The notes beneath the pieces were generated by a model. The model was not told where the DNA came from. It did not search any database and worked only from the letters and a program-made list of their open reading frames with translations. Of a stretch of 64,000 bases of DNA, positions 63,229-64,000 are shown one piece after another; the stretch's first letter is position 1; every line of letters starts with the position of its first letter. Position numbers and translations under genes: made by a program. The stretch is from Thalia democratica (taxonomy: Eukaryota), in the NCBI GenBank assembly GCA_965202585.1, contig OZ241826.1, forward strand, positions 41,230,001 to 41,294,000, written 5' to 3'.

Positions 63229-63792
63229 ATGAAGTTCACTCTAATTTTAAGTGTTATACTTGTAGCTTATTTTCCATTTTCGTATGGTGAGTTAAGTTAT
63301 TTTTCTAACATAGCAAAATGTGCTTTTGTAAGGTTGAATATAAGGTTTGATTCACAGAAAAAATCAAAACGCTTAAATTTTAAACTTTACTTAGATAACA
63401 TTTTACAGTAGAATTTTTTATTTCTTGTGTTTTTTATTTAAAACTTCAAAATCTACATGCCGAAAGTTGTGAAATGTTTAGGGCTCCACTGTTGGAAGTG
63501 CGAAAACGCTCGCAGCGACGTTGATTGCAAGTTGAAAGGAAGATTAGTGAGGTGTCGTTCTAACGAGGTTAAACAATTGATTAAGGCGTTTTTCACCAAA
63601 GTATTTTGATAAGTTTCATCAAACCAACTCTATAAACGAAACTTAATAAAATCAAAAATATGAAAATATTATATTAAAAACTGCCATTTGCAGGAAAGTT
63701 GTTTCACTGAGACTAGGTTGTACCCGGATGGCAGGAAGTCGATAACCAGAAGATGCAAACAGGATTTGGCTTGCTTCAATAATGAAATACAG
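63229..63792 (+). CDS. Secreted Cys-rich protein with a Ly6/uPAR (three-finger)-like N-terminal domain; first three exons, continues past the window
   Basis: Exons 63229-63286 (signal peptide MKFTLILSVILVAYFPFSY-G, phase-1 GTGAGT donor), 63482-63567 (LHCWKCENARSDVDCKLKGRLVRCRSNE) and 63694-63792 (ESCFTETRLYPDGRKSITRRCKQDLACFNNEIQ). The LxCxxC start and Cys spacing fit the LU fold. Confidence 0.8.
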
Positions 63793-64000
63793 GTTGAATA
63801 TAAATATGCGTCTTATACATGCATAAGTAAAATGATCTTTGTGATTGATATTTAGATACATAAAAATACTTACGATTGCCGTTTTTTAAATTTTTTAAAG
63901 GCAAAAATAAACAGTTAGATATACAGTTTAAATGATGTGTCAAATTGTGCTCTTAGCTACGATTACTTTTTTTTGCAAACCAATATTATAAGCAGCATAT

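Overview
A very AT-rich eukaryotic (invertebrate animal) genomic window with short GT-AG introns. A tunicate is a tentative guess, based only on the style of the Cys-rich secreted domain at the right end. No rRNA, tRNA, CRISPR array or prokaryotic organisation is seen. Main content: (1) a long intronless Lys/Ser/Cys-rich ORF at 30-3470, open to the left edge; (2) a tandem array of four 7-exon genes at 26.7-61.7 kb that I spliced by hand (all intron phases close) into atypical rhodopsin-like 7TM receptors. They share a novel-looking 5-Cys juxtamembrane cap, have variable ectodomains, and carry systematically altered DRY/CWxP/NPxxY motifs. Three are intact and one has a 17-nt frameshift; orphan relics of a further paralog are also present; (3) the first three exons of a secreted Ly6/uPAR (three-finger)-like protein at the right edge; (4) mobile DNA: a foldback/MULE-like element with a 9-bp TSD and a visible empty site in the paralog, a pogo-like MITE, RTE and CR1 LINE 3' fragments, and hAT-like ends; (5) several segmental duplications, a 34-bp minisatellite inside an inverted duplication that hides a cryptic coding signature, a dispersed hairpin-forming 70-100 bp element, and two unexplained GC-rich islands. 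Novelty claims are inferences; no database search was possible.
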